From contig JBQPWD010000002.1 of assembly GCA_052246995.1 (NCBI GenBank), positions 160,001-224,000 on the forward strand: 64,000 nt of DNA, given 5' to 3'. Shown piece by piece: positions 10,260 to 21,539 of the stretch (position 1 is the first letter of the stretch; each line of letters opens with the position of its first letter). This stretch comes from Candidatus Bathyarchaeota archaeon. GTDB lineage: Archaea > Thermoproteota > Bathyarchaeia > Hecatellales > Hecatellaceae. The position numbers and the translations under genes were made by a program. The notes beneath the pieces were generated by a model. The model saw only the letters and a program-made list of their open reading frames with translations. It was not told the DNA's origin and did not search any database.

Positions 10260-12101
10260 TTAATACAGCGGCCTTAAACTAATCCGCCTAGGTAGATGTA
10301 GCGGTCTCCAAGGATATCCCCCAATTCTATTTTTTACCTCGTCAATGAATTCTTTCAAAGTAATTTTTTTACGAGTATTAAATTCCCTGAATCTTACATC
10401 AAGTTTTCCACTTTCAACTTCTTCGCTTCCAATTACAATAATGTATGGAATCCAAGATACCTCAGCTCTTCTAACCTTTTTTGCTAAAGTTTCATCCAAA
10501 TCGTCAACGTCAACTCTAATTCCTTCTTTCTCAAGTTCCTCTAAAACTTTTAGTGAAAAGCTAAGATGATCCTTTGAAACAGGTATGATCCTAGCTTGAA
10601 TTGGTGAAAGCCATACTGGAAGCATTGGCAACTTTCCCATTTTTTCATTTTTTACAGCAGAATCAAAAATTGTGAAAATGTATCTTTCAATTGTACCTAT
10701 AAGTGCTGTATGAATTATAACCGGGTAGGTCTTATCTCCGCTTGAGGTAGTATATGTAATGTTAAACCTTTTCGCGTTTCCAGTATCTATCTGGAATGTT
10801 GCAATCTCTCTTGGACGTTTAAGCTCATCAACTATATGGTACTCAACATTTAAAACCCAGTAGTAGATGTTTTCTGGAACAAAACAGAGAAGTATAGGTT
10901 TACCTTCAACTTCAACAAGTTTTTTAAATAAATCCATGTTCTTGCTAAAAAAGCTTTCAGTTGTGTTATACAGGGAAACGTAGTCTCTTCCAAGCTTTCT
11001 AATTTCTTCATATATTTTTTCGTGAACTTTTAAAGCGAAATGTTTGGCTTCTTCAATATCTCTACAGAATATATGTAAGTCTGGCATGTGAAGTTTTCTA
11101 ACTCTGAAGCAAAGTAGAAGCTCACCTTCCTGCTCAAACCTGTAACTGTCAGCAAGCTCGTAAACTCCAAAGGGTAAATCCTTGTAGCTAATAATCCAGT
11201 CTTTAACCATTGCAAATTGTTGATGACAAGCAGCATACCTTAAAATTAGCCTCCGCTTATCTGTTTGTATCTCATAGAGTCTTCCACCAAAAAGTTTAGC
11301 ATGCTCACTAACCGCTGGAATTGAAAGGTCAAACATATTTGTTCCGTGAACACGGTAAACTGGAATATCTAAAGAATCTACAAGCTTAGACGCGTAATCA
11401 GCGGCAAGCTCAAAAATTAAACTAGCCTCCGGACCATACCTCATATGACCAACATCAGAAAACTGTTCCCACGTAATACCAAACTTTTTACAATAATCAA
11501 GAAATCTTGGTTTTTCCCCACCAGGTAATTCTTGTCCTAAGGCTTCTTTCAAAACAAGAATCTTAAATTCTTCCTCTCCGCTTGTAAACTTGTAACTAGC
11601 AGGATCCATGATTTCCATGTTTGTAGTTAAGATTTTATAGATGTTTTTTTGTGGTTTTTCGTGGTAAACAACTTCTTCAGGTACTATTGTACGTGAAAGC
11701 TCTGAGAGGGGATGACCCTTACATTCTATACTAAAGCTTTTATACCAGCCAAAAGGAGCAAGATTAACGTTAAAGTTTGCCTTGTTAAGTATCTCCTTTA
11801 ATGCTTCAAGGATTTTTTTCGCGTTTAGTGGTGATGCAAGCTCAGATGAAAGGTGAGCATAAGGATAAATAACAATATTTTCTACTTTAACGGTGTTAGC
11901 AACATCTTTAACAGCTTCCAGTGCTTTCTCTACTACTTGTTTAGGATTTTTTTCATCAACTTTTTCTACAGCGCAAAAAGCTACTAAAACTTCAGATGTT
12001 GAGTATAATTTACGATTTGTATCTAAATCCTCTGCTTCTTTTAATGCTTTTTCTCTAACCGTGTAACTAAATTTGTCTGCATGAATAAAAAGAAGTCTCA
12101 T
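10260..12101 (-). CDS. thrS: Threonyl-tRNA synthetase, archaeal type with N-terminal DTD-like editing domain
   Basis: MRLLFIHAD, YPYAHLSS, APFGWYK, GHPLSELSR editing domain; LRYAACHQQF, PDLH, GTIER. Confidence 0.96.
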   Translation of the reverse strand: MRLLFIHADKFSYTVREKALKEAEDLDTNRKLYSTSEVLVAFCAVEKVDEKNPKQVVEKALEAVKDVANTVKVENIVIYPYAHLSSELASPLNAKKILEALKEILNKANFNVNLAPFGWYKSFSIECKGHPLSELSRTIVPEEVVYHEKPQKNIYKILTTNMEIMDPASYKFTSGEEEFKILVLKEALGQELPGGEKPRFLDYCKKFGITWEQFSDVGHMRYGPEASLIFELAADYASKLVDSLDIPVYRVHGTNMFDLSIPAVSEHAKLFGGRLYEIQTDKRRLILRYAACHQQFAMVKDWIISYKDLPFGVYELADSYRFEQEGELLLCFRVRKLHMPDLHIFCRDIEEAKHFALKVHEKIYEEIRKLGRDYVSLYNTTESFFSKNMDLFKKLVEVEGKPILLCFVPENIYYWVLNVEYHIVDELKRPREIATFQIDTGNAKRFNITYTTSSGDKTYPVIIHTALIGTIERYIFTIFDSAVKNEKMGKLPMLPVWLSPIQARIIPVSKDHLSFSLKVLEELEKEGIRVDVDDLDETLAKKVRRAEVSWIPYIIVIGSEEVESGKLDVRFREFNTRKKITLKEFIDEVKNRIGGYPWRPLHLPRRISLRPLY

Positions 12102-12331
12102 CTAAAATCGCCTACCTTATCCCACCTCCACCTTTCAATCATTTTTTCCTTCTTGGAATTCTTTTTAAACTGCTTATAATGAAAATTGCATAGGTAAGCC
12201 TTCTTACCAGCAACCACATCTAAACCCTTAAGTCGAGTTTTTTCAGCGGAAATAGCTCTAACAGCATTTTCTTTGCATCCAACTACACTACATTTAATTT
12301 CCGAGTTTACCTTCTTCATGAAGATGCACAC
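12098..12331 (-). CDS. Small basic putative zinc-binding protein
   Basis: CSVVGC ... LCNFH pattern; 4-nt overlap with the thrS start. Confidence 0.75.
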   Translation of the reverse strand: MCIFMKKVNSEIKCSVVGCKENAVRAISAEKTRLKGLDVVAGKKAYLCNFHYKQFKKNSKKEKMIERWRWDKVGDFR

Positions 12332-12440
12332 TTTTACAGAATTTTCTTTATACTTATGAAGGTTAAATAGTCTATCTTAACTTTTTAGGTTAAGTTTTAA
12401 ATAAGGATGGATTAAATGGTTTTTAATAAAGTGGGAGACT

Positions 12441-13040
12441 TTGCTTTCAAGAATTAAAAAGAAGATTGAGGAAAAACTTACAAAACCCGCCAAATTCTTA
12501 TTGAAGATTGGTTTTACACCCATAACTTTAACACTTTTAAATTTAGCTTTATCTATTATTGCAACAATCTTTTACCTTTATGCCTCAATATCAAATCCAA
12601 GTTACCATCTTCTACTTGCAGCTCTCTTTCTTTCTCTTTCAGGTTTTTGTGACATGCTAGATGGAGTAGTTGCAAGAGTAGGAAACATGGTAACCAGATT
12701 GGGCAACTTTTTAGATTCGATTGTTGATAGATACTCGGATGTACTCATACTATCAGCCATAACGATTTATTGTATGAATAACATAATACTTTTACCCCTA
12801 TTTTTTTGGGGGTTAGCAGCAATAGCAGGTTCTATCCTTACAAGCTACGTAAGAGTTAAAGCTGAAAGTTTAAACATAAGATTAGAAGGTGTCGGTTTAA
12901 TCGAGAGGCCTGAAAGGCTGCTCATCATAATTTTAACCACGATTGTTTTCCATCCTGAAATAGGGGTTGTAGTTTTAGCTTTGCTTACAAATTTAACGGT
13001 GTTTCATAGGGTGATTTATGTTAGCAAAATTTTAAGATAG
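12441..13040 (+). CDS. CDP-alcohol phosphatidyltransferase (archaetidylinositol-phosphate synthase-like)
   Basis: DMLDGVVAR..G..LDSIVDR motif, SYVRVKAES, ERPER. Confidence 0.9.
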   Translation: MLSRIKKKIEEKLTKPAKFLLKIGFTPITLTLLNLALSIIATIFYLYASISNPSYHLLLAALFLSLSGFCDMLDGVVARVGNMVTRLGNFLDSIVDRYSDVLILSAITIYCMNNIILLPLFFWGLAAIAGSILTSYVRVKAESLNIRLEGVGLIERPERLLIIILTTIVFHPEIGVVVLALLTNLTVFHRVIYVSKILR

Positions 13041-13043
13041 CGA

Positions 13044-13379
13044 TTAATGTTCTGTATCCTTTTTTTCAAGCATTTTAATAATCTTATTTAAAAACTTTTT
13101 ACCGTTATCCAATGCTAAAAATCCCTTTTCAGTAATTATATAATACTTTCTTCTAAACATTCCTTCACTATCCCTTTTTTTAATAAGTCCTTCTCTCTCC
13201 ATCTTATACAAAACAATGTACGTGGTAACGGTTGCAACAGGTATTTGATACTTTTCTTTTAAAACTTTTGCAATCTCATACGCATACATAGACCTTGTTG
13301 AAAGTTCTGTTAGAATGTAAAGCCAAAGATTTTCCTTAGTTACCTTTGAAATAAGTCTTTTAATACTCATACCAACCAA
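13044..13379 (-). CDS. PadR-family transcriptional regulator
   Basis: LWLYIL..YAYEI..TYIVLYKMEREGLI..RKYYIITEKG. Confidence 0.88.
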   Translation of the reverse strand: MVGMSIKRLISKVTKENLWLYILTELSTRSMYAYEIAKVLKEKYQIPVATVTTYIVLYKMEREGLIKKRDSEGMFRRKYYIITEKGFLALDNGKKFLNKIIKMLEKKDTEH

Positions 13380-13404
13380 AACTAAGTTAAGGTTACAGTT
13401 TGGC

Positions 13405-13689
13405 TTACAGTGGCTTTGAGATTTTTCTTTCCTCTCTAGACCTGACTTTTACAATACCCCTGTAAACTGCACATGACACACAATAATACTTTGTAACCCT
13501 TTCTCTTGGAATGTATGCTCCATGAGCCTCTAGTTCCTTTGCTAAAGACGAGTCTACAAATGACACCCATCTAGTAACTTTTTTAGCTTTATCTCTAGGA
13601 ACAAGACATCCACATCCGTCACAGTGGATAAGCTCGCTTCTTCCCTTTCCACCTTTTGCCCTTCCCCTACTTTTTCTCTTTTTAGGCAT
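13405..13689 (-). CDS. rps26e: 30S ribosomal protein S26e
   Basis: MPKKRKSRGR, CDGCG..PRDKA, YCVSCA. Confidence 0.97.
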   Translation of the reverse strand: MPKKRKSRGRAKGGKGRSELIHCDGCGCLVPRDKAKKVTRWVSFVDSSLAKELEAHGAYIPRERVTKYYCVSCAVYRGIVKVRSREERKISKPL

Positions 13690-13758
13690 TATTTAACTAC
13701 CTACAGCATGTAATTTTAAATCTAACCTAAAAAATAATGATAGATTCTTCTTAATAAA

Positions 13759-15213
13759 CTAATATGATTTTGCAAGTCTGATTATAAGTTCAGCTTTTTC
13801 TTGGCATATTATACATCTTTCTTCATTCTTATCATCAAAATTTTTATCAACGGGTACACCTAAAACATTTAAATTTGTTTTTTCTTCTAACATTAATCCA
13901 CACCTATCTTTCCCACACCATCCAGCTTCAAAAACAAACACACCATTATTTAACATTTTGACAATTTCTTCAACATCCCTAACCCTATAAATACGATTTA
14001 ACTGGAATTCCAACGCTCTTTTCCTCAGATTTTCTTCAATATCATTAAACATCTTTAAAACATTTTCAATAAGAGTATCATCTTTAACAACCTTTTTCTC
14101 AAGAAGATCCCTTCTGGTAAGCGTTACAGTTTTATTTTTGACATCCTGAGGCCCAATTTCAACCCTTACCGGAATACCTTTTAATTCCCATTCAAAAAAT
14201 TTTGAACCAGGTGTGAGTTTTTCTCTAAAATCCTCTACAACCCTTATATTAACATCTTTAAGCTGTTTGCTGATGTCTACACATTTTCTGTTAACATCCT
14301 CCTCATAACCCTTGTAAGGTATAGGTATAACTACAACCTGTATAGGAGCAATTTTTGGTGGAAGAACAAGCCCATGGTCATCTCCATGAATAGCTATTAA
14401 AGATGCAATAACTCTCTCAGAAATACCATAACATGTTTGCCACGCATAATCTCTTGTACCATCCATTTTCTCAAAGGTTATTTCAAAAGCTTTGGAAAAA
14501 TTCTGGTTAAGGTTGTGAATTGTGCCTATCTGTAAAGTTCGCCCATCTGGAAGTATTGTATCAAATGCTATTGAGTAAGATGCTCCTGCAAACTTATCCC
14601 AATCAGGCCTTCTAGATATAAGGTAAGGTATTCCTAGGTTATCAAAAAATTTCTTGTAGATTTCTACAGCCTCATTAATTTGCCTTTCTGCATCTTCAAA
14701 GGACTCGTGGAAGGTATGTGCTTCCTTGAATGTTGTTATTTCCCTCATTCGTATTAGTGGTCTTGTTGCCTTTGTTTCATATCGAAACACACTTACAACC
14801 TGATAAATCTTCTTCGGCAAATCTGCATGGGAACGTATCCATAATTTTAACATAGGGGCAATGGCCGTTTCACTTGTTGGTCTTAATGCCAGCTTCTCGT
14901 TCAGTTCTCTCCCTCCAGCATGAGTTACCCAGAACACCTGATTTTCAAAGCTTCTTATATGTTCAGATTCTTTACCAATCATTTCAGAAGTTATCATTAA
15001 AGGAAAAAGCACTTCTTCATGTCCTGTTTCATCTAAAAATTTGCATATTATGGATATGACGTTTTTTCTTATCTTAAAACCGTAGGGAAGCCAGACACCA
15101 CAACCCTTTATAGGATACCTATAATCTATAATTCCAGCATTTTCAATGATGTATTGGTACCACTCACTAAACTGGTTAAGCCATTTATCCCTTCTCACCA
15201 TTGAATTAATCAA
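13759..15213 (-). CDS. proS: Prolyl-tRNA synthetase (archaeal/eukaryotic type)
   Basis: LRPTSET, FRYETK, QIGT.HNL, HGDDHGL. Confidence 0.96.
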   Translation of the reverse strand: MINSMVRRDKWLNQFSEWYQYIIENAGIIDYRYPIKGCGVWLPYGFKIRKNVISIICKFLDETGHEEVLFPLMITSEMIGKESEHIRSFENQVFWVTHAGGRELNEKLALRPTSETAIAPMLKLWIRSHADLPKKIYQVVSVFRYETKATRPLIRMREITTFKEAHTFHESFEDAERQINEAVEIYKKFFDNLGIPYLISRRPDWDKFAGASYSIAFDTILPDGRTLQIGTIHNLNQNFSKAFEITFEKMDGTRDYAWQTCYGISERVIASLIAIHGDDHGLVLPPKIAPIQVVVIPIPYKGYEEDVNRKCVDISKQLKDVNIRVVEDFREKLTPGSKFFEWELKGIPVRVEIGPQDVKNKTVTLTRRDLLEKKVVKDDTLIENVLKMFNDIEENLRKRALEFQLNRIYRVRDVEEIVKMLNNGVFVFEAGWCGKDRCGLMLEEKTNLNVLGVPVDKNFDDKNEERCIICQEKAELIIRLAKSY

Positions 15214-15383
15214 CCCCTAATTTAACACTTAACAAGGTTACAAGATATCCCCTAACAAGAAATTGTTTTTCGTTAAACAAGAACGTTTGCAACCATATAT
15301 TAAGATTTATGGGAATTTAGAGTTAAGCTTAAAAACCTTTTAATGGATTTTTGTGCACATAGCTCATAGAAGAGGTTTAAGGA

Positions 15384-15992
15384 TTGAGTGAATTTCTACA
15401 AACTCTTGTAACACAACTTGGTCTTGCTGGAGTTTTTATTGTAAGCTTACTTGGAAGTGCTTCCATAATTTTTCCGATACCGTATCAGATTGTGATTCTT
15501 TTATTTAGCGTCATTAGCGAAATTAACCCGTTATTTATAGTGACATCTGCGGCTTTAGGTTCTACTGTAGGCGAGGTCGTGGGATATTTTCTAGGTTATA
15601 CTGTAAAAGGTATTGTTAAAGAGGAAACAAGACGTAAGTTTGATTATGCTTTTAAGGTTTTATCAAGGTACAGGAGAACCTGGTTTTTGATTGTTTTTAT
15701 CTTTGCGTTAACACCTCTACCAGATGACCTTCTCATAATTCCGCTTGGAATTTTAAGATTTAATTTTTTCACAGTGCTTATCCCATGTTTACTCGGAAAA
15801 CTTGTAATGTTCTCCATTTTGGTATATGGTGGAAGGCATGTGAGCTTAGTTATTATGGAAGGGTATGGAGAGGTCTCTTTACCTCTAGTAGTAGCTTCCT
15901 TTGTTATCTTGTTTGCTGTAATAGTGTGTTTGTGGAGGATTGATTGGGAAAGATTGTTAAAAAATTGGGAGGTTAAAGGTAAGAAAAGTTGA
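15384..15992 (+). CDS. VTT/SNARE-associated (DedA-like) membrane protein
   Basis: FPIPY, GS..GE..GY..G, FALTPLPDD, several TM helices. Confidence 0.85.
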   Translation: MSEFLQTLVTQLGLAGVFIVSLLGSASIIFPIPYQIVILLFSVISEINPLFIVTSAALGSTVGEVVGYFLGYTVKGIVKEETRRKFDYAFKVLSRYRRTWFLIVFIFALTPLPDDLLIIPLGILRFNFFTVLIPCLLGKLVMFSILVYGGRHVSLVIMEGYGEVSLPLVVASFVILFAVIVCLWRIDWERLLKNWEVKGKKS

Positions 15993-16348
15993 ATCTTAAA
16001 AAAATAAAACTATGTGTCTTGAATGCTTTAAAGGAACTGGAAGATGCTTTAGATAGCTATGTTAAAAACAACATAAAGGCAGCAAGGTTTAAAGTATGGA
16101 AAGCTTCATCAGAATTAGAGTATGCACTCTTTATTTTCGAAATTTTATGGGAATTTAGCAATAACATGCAAGTTGTGCCGAGAAAGGCTGGTAAGAAAAG
16201 AGATATTACCGAATATATAGTTAAACCTCAAGAATTTTTGCAAAAAGCTTTAACCTTTTTAGAAAAGGAAGAAATAGATAAGGCGTATGAGAGTATTTTA
16301 ACATGTAGAGAAATTCTTATAGAATTTCAAGAAAAAGTTTTACGATAA
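15989..16348 (+). CDS. Hypothetical helical protein
   Basis: 119-aa ORF overlapping the upstream stop by 4 nt and filling the gap to purA. Confidence 0.7.
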   Translation: MNLKKIKLCVLNALKELEDALDSYVKNNIKAARFKVWKASSELEYALFIFEILWEFSNNMQVVPRKAGKKRDITEYIVKPQEFLQKALTFLEKEEIDKAYESILTCREILIEFQEKVLR

Positions 16349-16351
16349 AGT

Positions 16352-17389
16352 TTAAACCTTAGGTCTAACAGGACTTACCCTTCCAGCCCTTTCCATGTCT
16401 ATAATGTCGTAAACATCCGGTCCAGTACCTATAAAAACTACTGGAACACTAAGAGCTTCTTCAATACTCTTAATAAACTTTTTTGCTTCCTCAGAAAGGT
16501 CAGTATATTTCCTTGCACCTCTACACTCAGGATAGACTACGTCAAGTTTTGTTATTGCTATTTGAGTTGCACTATTAAGCATTATAGCTCTCTTAGCTAG
16601 TTCAATATTAAATGGGGCTACTCGTCTAACCCTGCCAGTCACGGTTGCAATTTCAACCCAACCTCTTCTTTCAGCCTCATCTCGTGATAATTCGTTTGGT
16701 AATGGTCCACCACCAACTCTAGTTATATATGCCTTAAACACTACAAGGACATTATCAACCCTTAGTGGACCTACTCCAACGTCACCGCAAATTGACGATG
16801 CAGTAACATCTTTAGAAGTACAATAGGGATAAGTTCCATGGTATAGAGAAAGAAATGTTCCTTGTGTACCTTCAATTAGAACATTTTTATCTTCATCTAA
16901 AGCCTTATTTACCTCAAATGCAACGTCAACAAGAAAATCCTTAAGCTCAGGAATGTCCTTGGCTGTTTTAGCTATTCTTTTAACTCTATCAACATTACAA
17001 GGACCTGTTCCAGTGCCAGTTGTACCAATTTTCTTGGAAAGGTAGGTGGAGGATTTATCAGCTTCTATATGCTTTTCTTCTATTATTGCACAATTAGGGT
17101 CCAAACCAGCTCTTTCTTTACAACCTGTTAACTCAACTTCTTCAAGAAAAATTTTTGGGTTTACTAGCACGCCTGCCCCAATTAAACATTTACATTTAGT
17201 GTTTACAAAGCTACTTGGTAGCATTCGAAGCTTATATTGTTTTTCATCAATCTGCACGGTATGTCCTGCGTTAGGCCCAACTCCACCTCTAACCCCAACA
17301 GCAACATCATCTCTTAAAGATAAATAAGAAATTATTTTTCCTTTACCTTCATCTCCCCAAAAACCTCCAACAACAACAGTACATGGCAA
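16352..17389 (-). CDS. purA: Adenylosuccinate synthetase (short archaeal form)
   Basis: WGDEGKGK, GPNAGHT, EGTQG, YPYCTS, TVTGRVRR, TKLD. Confidence 0.97.
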   Translation of the reverse strand: MPCTVVVGGFWGDEGKGKIISYLSLRDDVAVGVRGGVGPNAGHTVQIDEKQYKLRMLPSSFVNTKCKCLIGAGVLVNPKIFLEEVELTGCKERAGLDPNCAIIEEKHIEADKSSTYLSKKIGTTGTGTGPCNVDRVKRIAKTAKDIPELKDFLVDVAFEVNKALDEDKNVLIEGTQGTFLSLYHGTYPYCTSKDVTASSICGDVGVGPLRVDNVLVVFKAYITRVGGGPLPNELSRDEAERRGWVEIATVTGRVRRVAPFNIELAKRAIMLNSATQIAITKLDVVYPECRGARKYTDLSEEAKKFIKSIEEALSVPVVFIGTGPDVYDIIDMERAGRVSPVRPKV

Positions 17390-17512
17390 AGCTGAACATC
17401 ACCTAACCCATATAGCTCATTGTTAACATTGCTAGTTTTAAGGTTACAATTATTTAAACATTTAAAACCAGCTCGTAAAGTAGATATTTTAATAAACATT
17501 AGGCGTTTTCTT

Positions 17513-18214
17513 ATGAAAAAAACAAGGGTTTTAGTGCTATTTTCCGGTGGAAAAGATTCAACGTTAAGTGTTTGGAAAGCCATAAAAATGGGATATAACG
17601 TTGTTGGATTACTTACAGTTAAACCTTTAAATTCTGAATCATGGATGTTTCACTACCCCTGCATAGAGTTAACTTCTCTACAAGCTGAAGCTATTGGAAT
17701 TAAGCTTTATAAATTTCAAAGCTCAGGGATTAAAGAGGAAGAAGTAAAAGAACTTGAGGACTTCTTAAGAGAATTAAAGCTTAATGTTGGTTTTGAAGCA
17801 TTAGTTTCAGGGGTTGTTGAAAGTAGCTATCAAAAAACAAGGGTTGATGATGTTTGCAAAAGGTTAGGTTTAAAACACTTAACACCACTATGGCATAGAA
17901 ATCCTGAAGATATTTTGATGGAATTAATAAGTCAAGGATTTGATGTTGTATTTACAGCTGTAGCAGCACAGGGGTTTACAGAGAAATGGCTTAACAGAAA
18001 GCTAGATTTAGAGGCGTTTAAAGAGTTAAAACTTCTTAACAAAAAGTACGGTATACATATCTCACTTGAGGGTGGCGAGGGTGAAACATTTGTAAAGGAT
18101 GCCCCGTTCTTTAAGAAAAAAATAGAGCTTCTAGAGGTTGAAAAAATATGGAAACATGATTCAGGTTATATTTTAGCGAAAAAAGCGGTATTAATTAATA
18201 AAAAAGATGTTTAA
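17513..18214 (+). CDS. Diphthine-ammonia ligase family ATP pyrophosphatase (Dph6)
   Basis: PP-loop FSGGKDS, SWMFH, SSYQKTR, PLW, EGGEGETFV. ATG at 17513 is preferred over the track start. Confidence 0.9.
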   Translation: MKKTRVLVLFSGGKDSTLSVWKAIKMGYNVVGLLTVKPLNSESWMFHYPCIELTSLQAEAIGIKLYKFQSSGIKEEEVKELEDFLRELKLNVGFEALVSGVVESSYQKTRVDDVCKRLGLKHLTPLWHRNPEDILMELISQGFDVVFTAVAAQGFTEKWLNRKLDLEAFKELKLLNKKYGIHISLEGGEGETFVKDAPFFKKKIELLEVEKIWKHDSGYILAKKAVLINKKDV

Positions 18215-18289
18215 ACTAGCAAAAATTATCCAACGTAACTCTTATCTTTTCTAAGTAGAAATATGGATATTCTAGGGAGGAGTTTAACG

Positions 18290-19072
18290 ATGAAAAATGT
18301 TAAGATAGGTGTAATTGGAGGAACTGGATTGTATGCTCTTTTAACTAATCCTGAAGAAATTAAAGTAGACACACCATACGGTCCTACATCAGACAGAATA
18401 GCTATTGGAGAAATCGGCAAGAAAAAAGTCGCATTTTTACCCAGACATGGAAGATATCATCAACATCCACCGCATAAAGTTCCCTATAAAGCAAATATTT
18501 GGGCTCTAAAGCATCTTGGAGTTGAAAGAATTATTGCACCTTGTGCTGTTGGAAGCTTACAACCTCATGTTAAAATTGGAGATTTCGTGATTTGTGACCA
18601 ATTTGTTAACAAGACGTTTGACAGAGATGATACGTTTTACAATGGTCCAGTAACAACACATATTGCAATGGCTGAACCATACTGTCCAGAGTTACGTGAA
18701 TTAACAATAAAGGTAGGTAGAGAGCTAAACCTGCCTATACATGAAAAAGGAACAGCAGTAGTAATTCAAGGACCAAGGTTTAGCACCAGGGCTGAAAGTG
18801 AGTGGTTTAAAAGTTTCGGTTGGGAGGTAATTAACATGACTATTTATCCTGAGGTTGTTCTTGCTAGGGAGCTTGAAATATGTTATGTAAACATAGCAAT
18901 GGTTACCGATTATGATGTTTGGCACCCTAAACCGTTAAGTGTAAAAGAGCTTATTGAAACTTTAAATAAAAACATTGAAAATGTTAAAAAACTTATTTAC
19001 AGCATGATTCCAAGAATACCAGACGAAAGGAAATGCGTATGTAAAGATGCACTTAAAAATGCAAAAATATAA
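18290..19072 (+). CDS. mtnP: 5'-methylthioadenosine/purine nucleoside phosphorylase
   Basis: GVIGGTG, RHG..H..PPH, GPRFSTRAES, INMT, VTDYD; ATG after GGAGG. Confidence 0.93.
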   Translation: MKNVKIGVIGGTGLYALLTNPEEIKVDTPYGPTSDRIAIGEIGKKKVAFLPRHGRYHQHPPHKVPYKANIWALKHLGVERIIAPCAVGSLQPHVKIGDFVICDQFVNKTFDRDDTFYNGPVTTHIAMAEPYCPELRELTIKVGRELNLPIHEKGTAVVIQGPRFSTRAESEWFKSFGWEVINMTIYPEVVLARELEICYVNIAMVTDYDVWHPKPLSVKELIETLNKNIENVKKLIYSMIPRIPDERKCVCKDALKNAKI

Positions 19073-19076
19073 AATT

Positions 19077-19673
19077 TCAATTTTTAAGGATAAGTTTACT
19101 TAAATATTTTAGTTTGAAGTACTTTTTAGGAATTCCTGTTCTCCCCAACTCTTTTACCTTTTCTTCGTACGCTAAGCCTTTTTTTCCCATTATCACCCTT
19201 ATTGTTTCATAAATTTCCCATGGATAAATTATCCAGTTGCTAGTTTCCTTAATATAGTAGTCAGGTTTAATGATAGACCAAGGCTTATAATGTAAAGTTG
19301 CAGTTTTTACATTACTTATGTCCATACTTGTAAAAAGGTTTACAGCGGCTTGAAGACTATACCCCTTATCAGCAACATCATCAACAACAAGGATGGACTT
19401 ATTTTTTATAAATTGCTCAGGAGGCTTTTGTAGTATTGCCGGTTTTTCACGAGTTTCAGCTATTCCGGTATAGTATTTTATAGAAACTGTAAAAATGTCT
19501 GACACATCAAGTACATCTGCTAAAATTCGTACAACCCATAAACCTCCTCTACTAATACCTATAAGACAATCAGGATTAAATCCGCTTTCCAAGATTTTTA
19601 TACCTAACTTTTGAGACATATAAAAAATCTTTGCTGGAGAGTAGTATTCATATGAAATTGGTTTCTTCTCCAT
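19077..19673 (-). CDS. Purine phosphoribosyltransferase (type I PRTase)
   Basis: ISRGG, VVDDVADKGYSL PRPP loop, WIIYPWE. Confidence 0.88.
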   Translation of the reverse strand: MEKKPISYEYYSPAKIFYMSQKLGIKILESGFNPDCLIGISRGGLWVVRILADVLDVSDIFTVSIKYYTGIAETREKPAILQKPPEQFIKNKSILVVDDVADKGYSLQAAVNLFTSMDISNVKTATLHYKPWSIIKPDYYIKETSNWIIYPWEIYETIRVIMGKKGLAYEEKVKELGRTGIPKKYFKLKYLSKLILKN

Positions 19674-19688
19674 TTTACCACCAACTCG

Positions 19689-21440
19689 CTAAGCGAAAGT
19701 TTTATCTTTACTAGGGAAAATCGAAATAAACTTGTGTTTATTTACGTCAACAAGTCCTTTATCCGTTAACCTTATTTCAGGTATAACTGGAAGGGAAATA
19801 AATGATAGAGTCATAAATGGGTTTGGAAGCGTACAACCGATATTTTTAGATGCTAATATAAGCTTATCTAGCTTTTCTTTAACAGTTTCCAATGGTTTAT
19901 CAGACATGAGACCTGCAATAGGTAAAGGTAGAGAAGCTAAAGGTGTTCTACTTCTAACAACAACCATTCCCCCACCCATCTTAACCAACTCTCTAACCAC
20001 TACCTTTAAATCTTCATCATCAACACCAACAGCAACAATGTTATGAGAATCATGCGCAACCGAAGAACCTAATGCACCACTTTTTAAGCCAAAACCTTTA
20101 ACAAATCCAACACCAACATTTCCAGAGCTTTTATATCGTTCAACAACAATTACTTTTAAAATATCTCTCCCAACGTCAGAAACAACTTTGCCGTTTTCTA
20201 TTTTACCATCAAAAATAAGCTTCCTAGTTAAAATTTGGTCTGGATAAACTTCTATAACATTTACAAGCTTATCCTCAGCTGGCACCTTGATTTTTTCTAA
20301 ACATTTTAACATAACATTCATAGGGCTTTTAACAGGCTTTATAGATGGTTTAGTTTCAACAATAATTTTACCCTCTACAGCAACAACTTCACCGCCAATA
20401 AAAACCATTTTAACGTTAAAGTTGCTTTTGATACTATCCAAAAGAATAAAATCGGCATAATACCCTGGAGCTAGCGCTCCGATTCTTTTTAAGCCAAAAT
20501 ATTCAGCAGCATTAATTGTGGCCATTTGAATAGCAATTAAAGGGTCTACTCCAAAACCTATAGCTTTTTTAACCATAAAATCTACATGACCCTCAAGTAA
20601 AAGGTCTGAAGGATGTCTATCATCCGAAGCAAAAAGAAACCTCTTATAGTTTTTCTCATTTACTAGGGGTAGAAGATCTTTGAGGTTTTTTTCAGTTGAA
20701 CCTTCTCTTAGCATTACTCTCATACCAGCTTTAACCTTCTCTTTTGCTTCCTCTAATTTTACACATTCATGGTCTGAGCTTATTCCGGCTGAAACATAAG
20801 CATAAAGTTGCTTGCCCATGAGACCTGGAGCATGACCATCAATAACTTTACCTTTAAAGGTCTCTAACTTATCCATAACATGAGGTTGAGTTAAAACTAC
20901 TCCAGGGTAATTCATCATTTCAGCCAGCCCTATTACCTCCTCCTCATCAATTAAGGTTAAAAGATCCTTAGCCTCTAACAACGCACCAGAAGTTTCCATG
21001 TCTGTTGCAGGAACGCAGGATGGAAGCATAACATAAAACCTTAGGAGACTTTCCCTACCATTCTCGATCATAAACTTGATACCATCTAAACCTAAAACGT
21101 TAGCTATTTCATGGGGATCTGCAACCACAGCCGTTGTTCCTCTTGGTACAACAGCTTTAGCATATTCTGAAACTGTTACCATTGAGCTTTCAATATGTAC
21201 ATGACTGTCAATAAAACCTGGACAAACATACAAGTTTTTAGCATTCAAAACTTTTTTTGCATTATATTCTCCAAACCCGATAATGTATCCTTTGTAGATA
21301 GCTAAACATTCTTCGTAGATTTCACCTGTAAACACGTTAATTATGGAGGCATTTTTAATTAAAAGGTCTACATCCATATCGCCTCTAGCAGCAACTATGA
21401 TCTCTTCTAAGCTAGCTTCAGGTTTCTTCAACGCCACCAC
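19689..21440 (-). CDS. ade: Adenine deaminase
   Basis: DSHVHIESS, DPHEIANV, EMMN, DGHAP, SDHE, REGS, AHDSHN. Confidence 0.96.
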   Translation of the reverse strand: MVALKKPEASLEEIIVAARGDMDVDLLIKNASIINVFTGEIYEECLAIYKGYIIGFGEYNAKKVLNAKNLYVCPGFIDSHVHIESSMVTVSEYAKAVVPRGTTAVVADPHEIANVLGLDGIKFMIENGRESLLRFYVMLPSCVPATDMETSGALLEAKDLLTLIDEEEVIGLAEMMNYPGVVLTQPHVMDKLETFKGKVIDGHAPGLMGKQLYAYVSAGISSDHECVKLEEAKEKVKAGMRVMLREGSTEKNLKDLLPLVNEKNYKRFLFASDDRHPSDLLLEGHVDFMVKKAIGFGVDPLIAIQMATINAAEYFGLKRIGALAPGYYADFILLDSIKSNFNVKMVFIGGEVVAVEGKIIVETKPSIKPVKSPMNVMLKCLEKIKVPAEDKLVNVIEVYPDQILTRKLIFDGKIENGKVVSDVGRDILKVIVVERYKSSGNVGVGFVKGFGLKSGALGSSVAHDSHNIVAVGVDDEDLKVVVRELVKMGGGMVVVRSRTPLASLPLPIAGLMSDKPLETVKEKLDKLILASKNIGCTLPNPFMTLSFISLPVIPEIRLTDKGLVDVNKHKFISIFPSKDKTFA

Positions 21441-21539
21441 ATTTAGGCTGGTATCCTTTTATCAACTAATAAGTTTTTAGGTTTAAAAGAAAGTTAATTA
21501 AAGTTTAAGATGTAAGCTATTTAGTGTAAGGGTTAGGAG

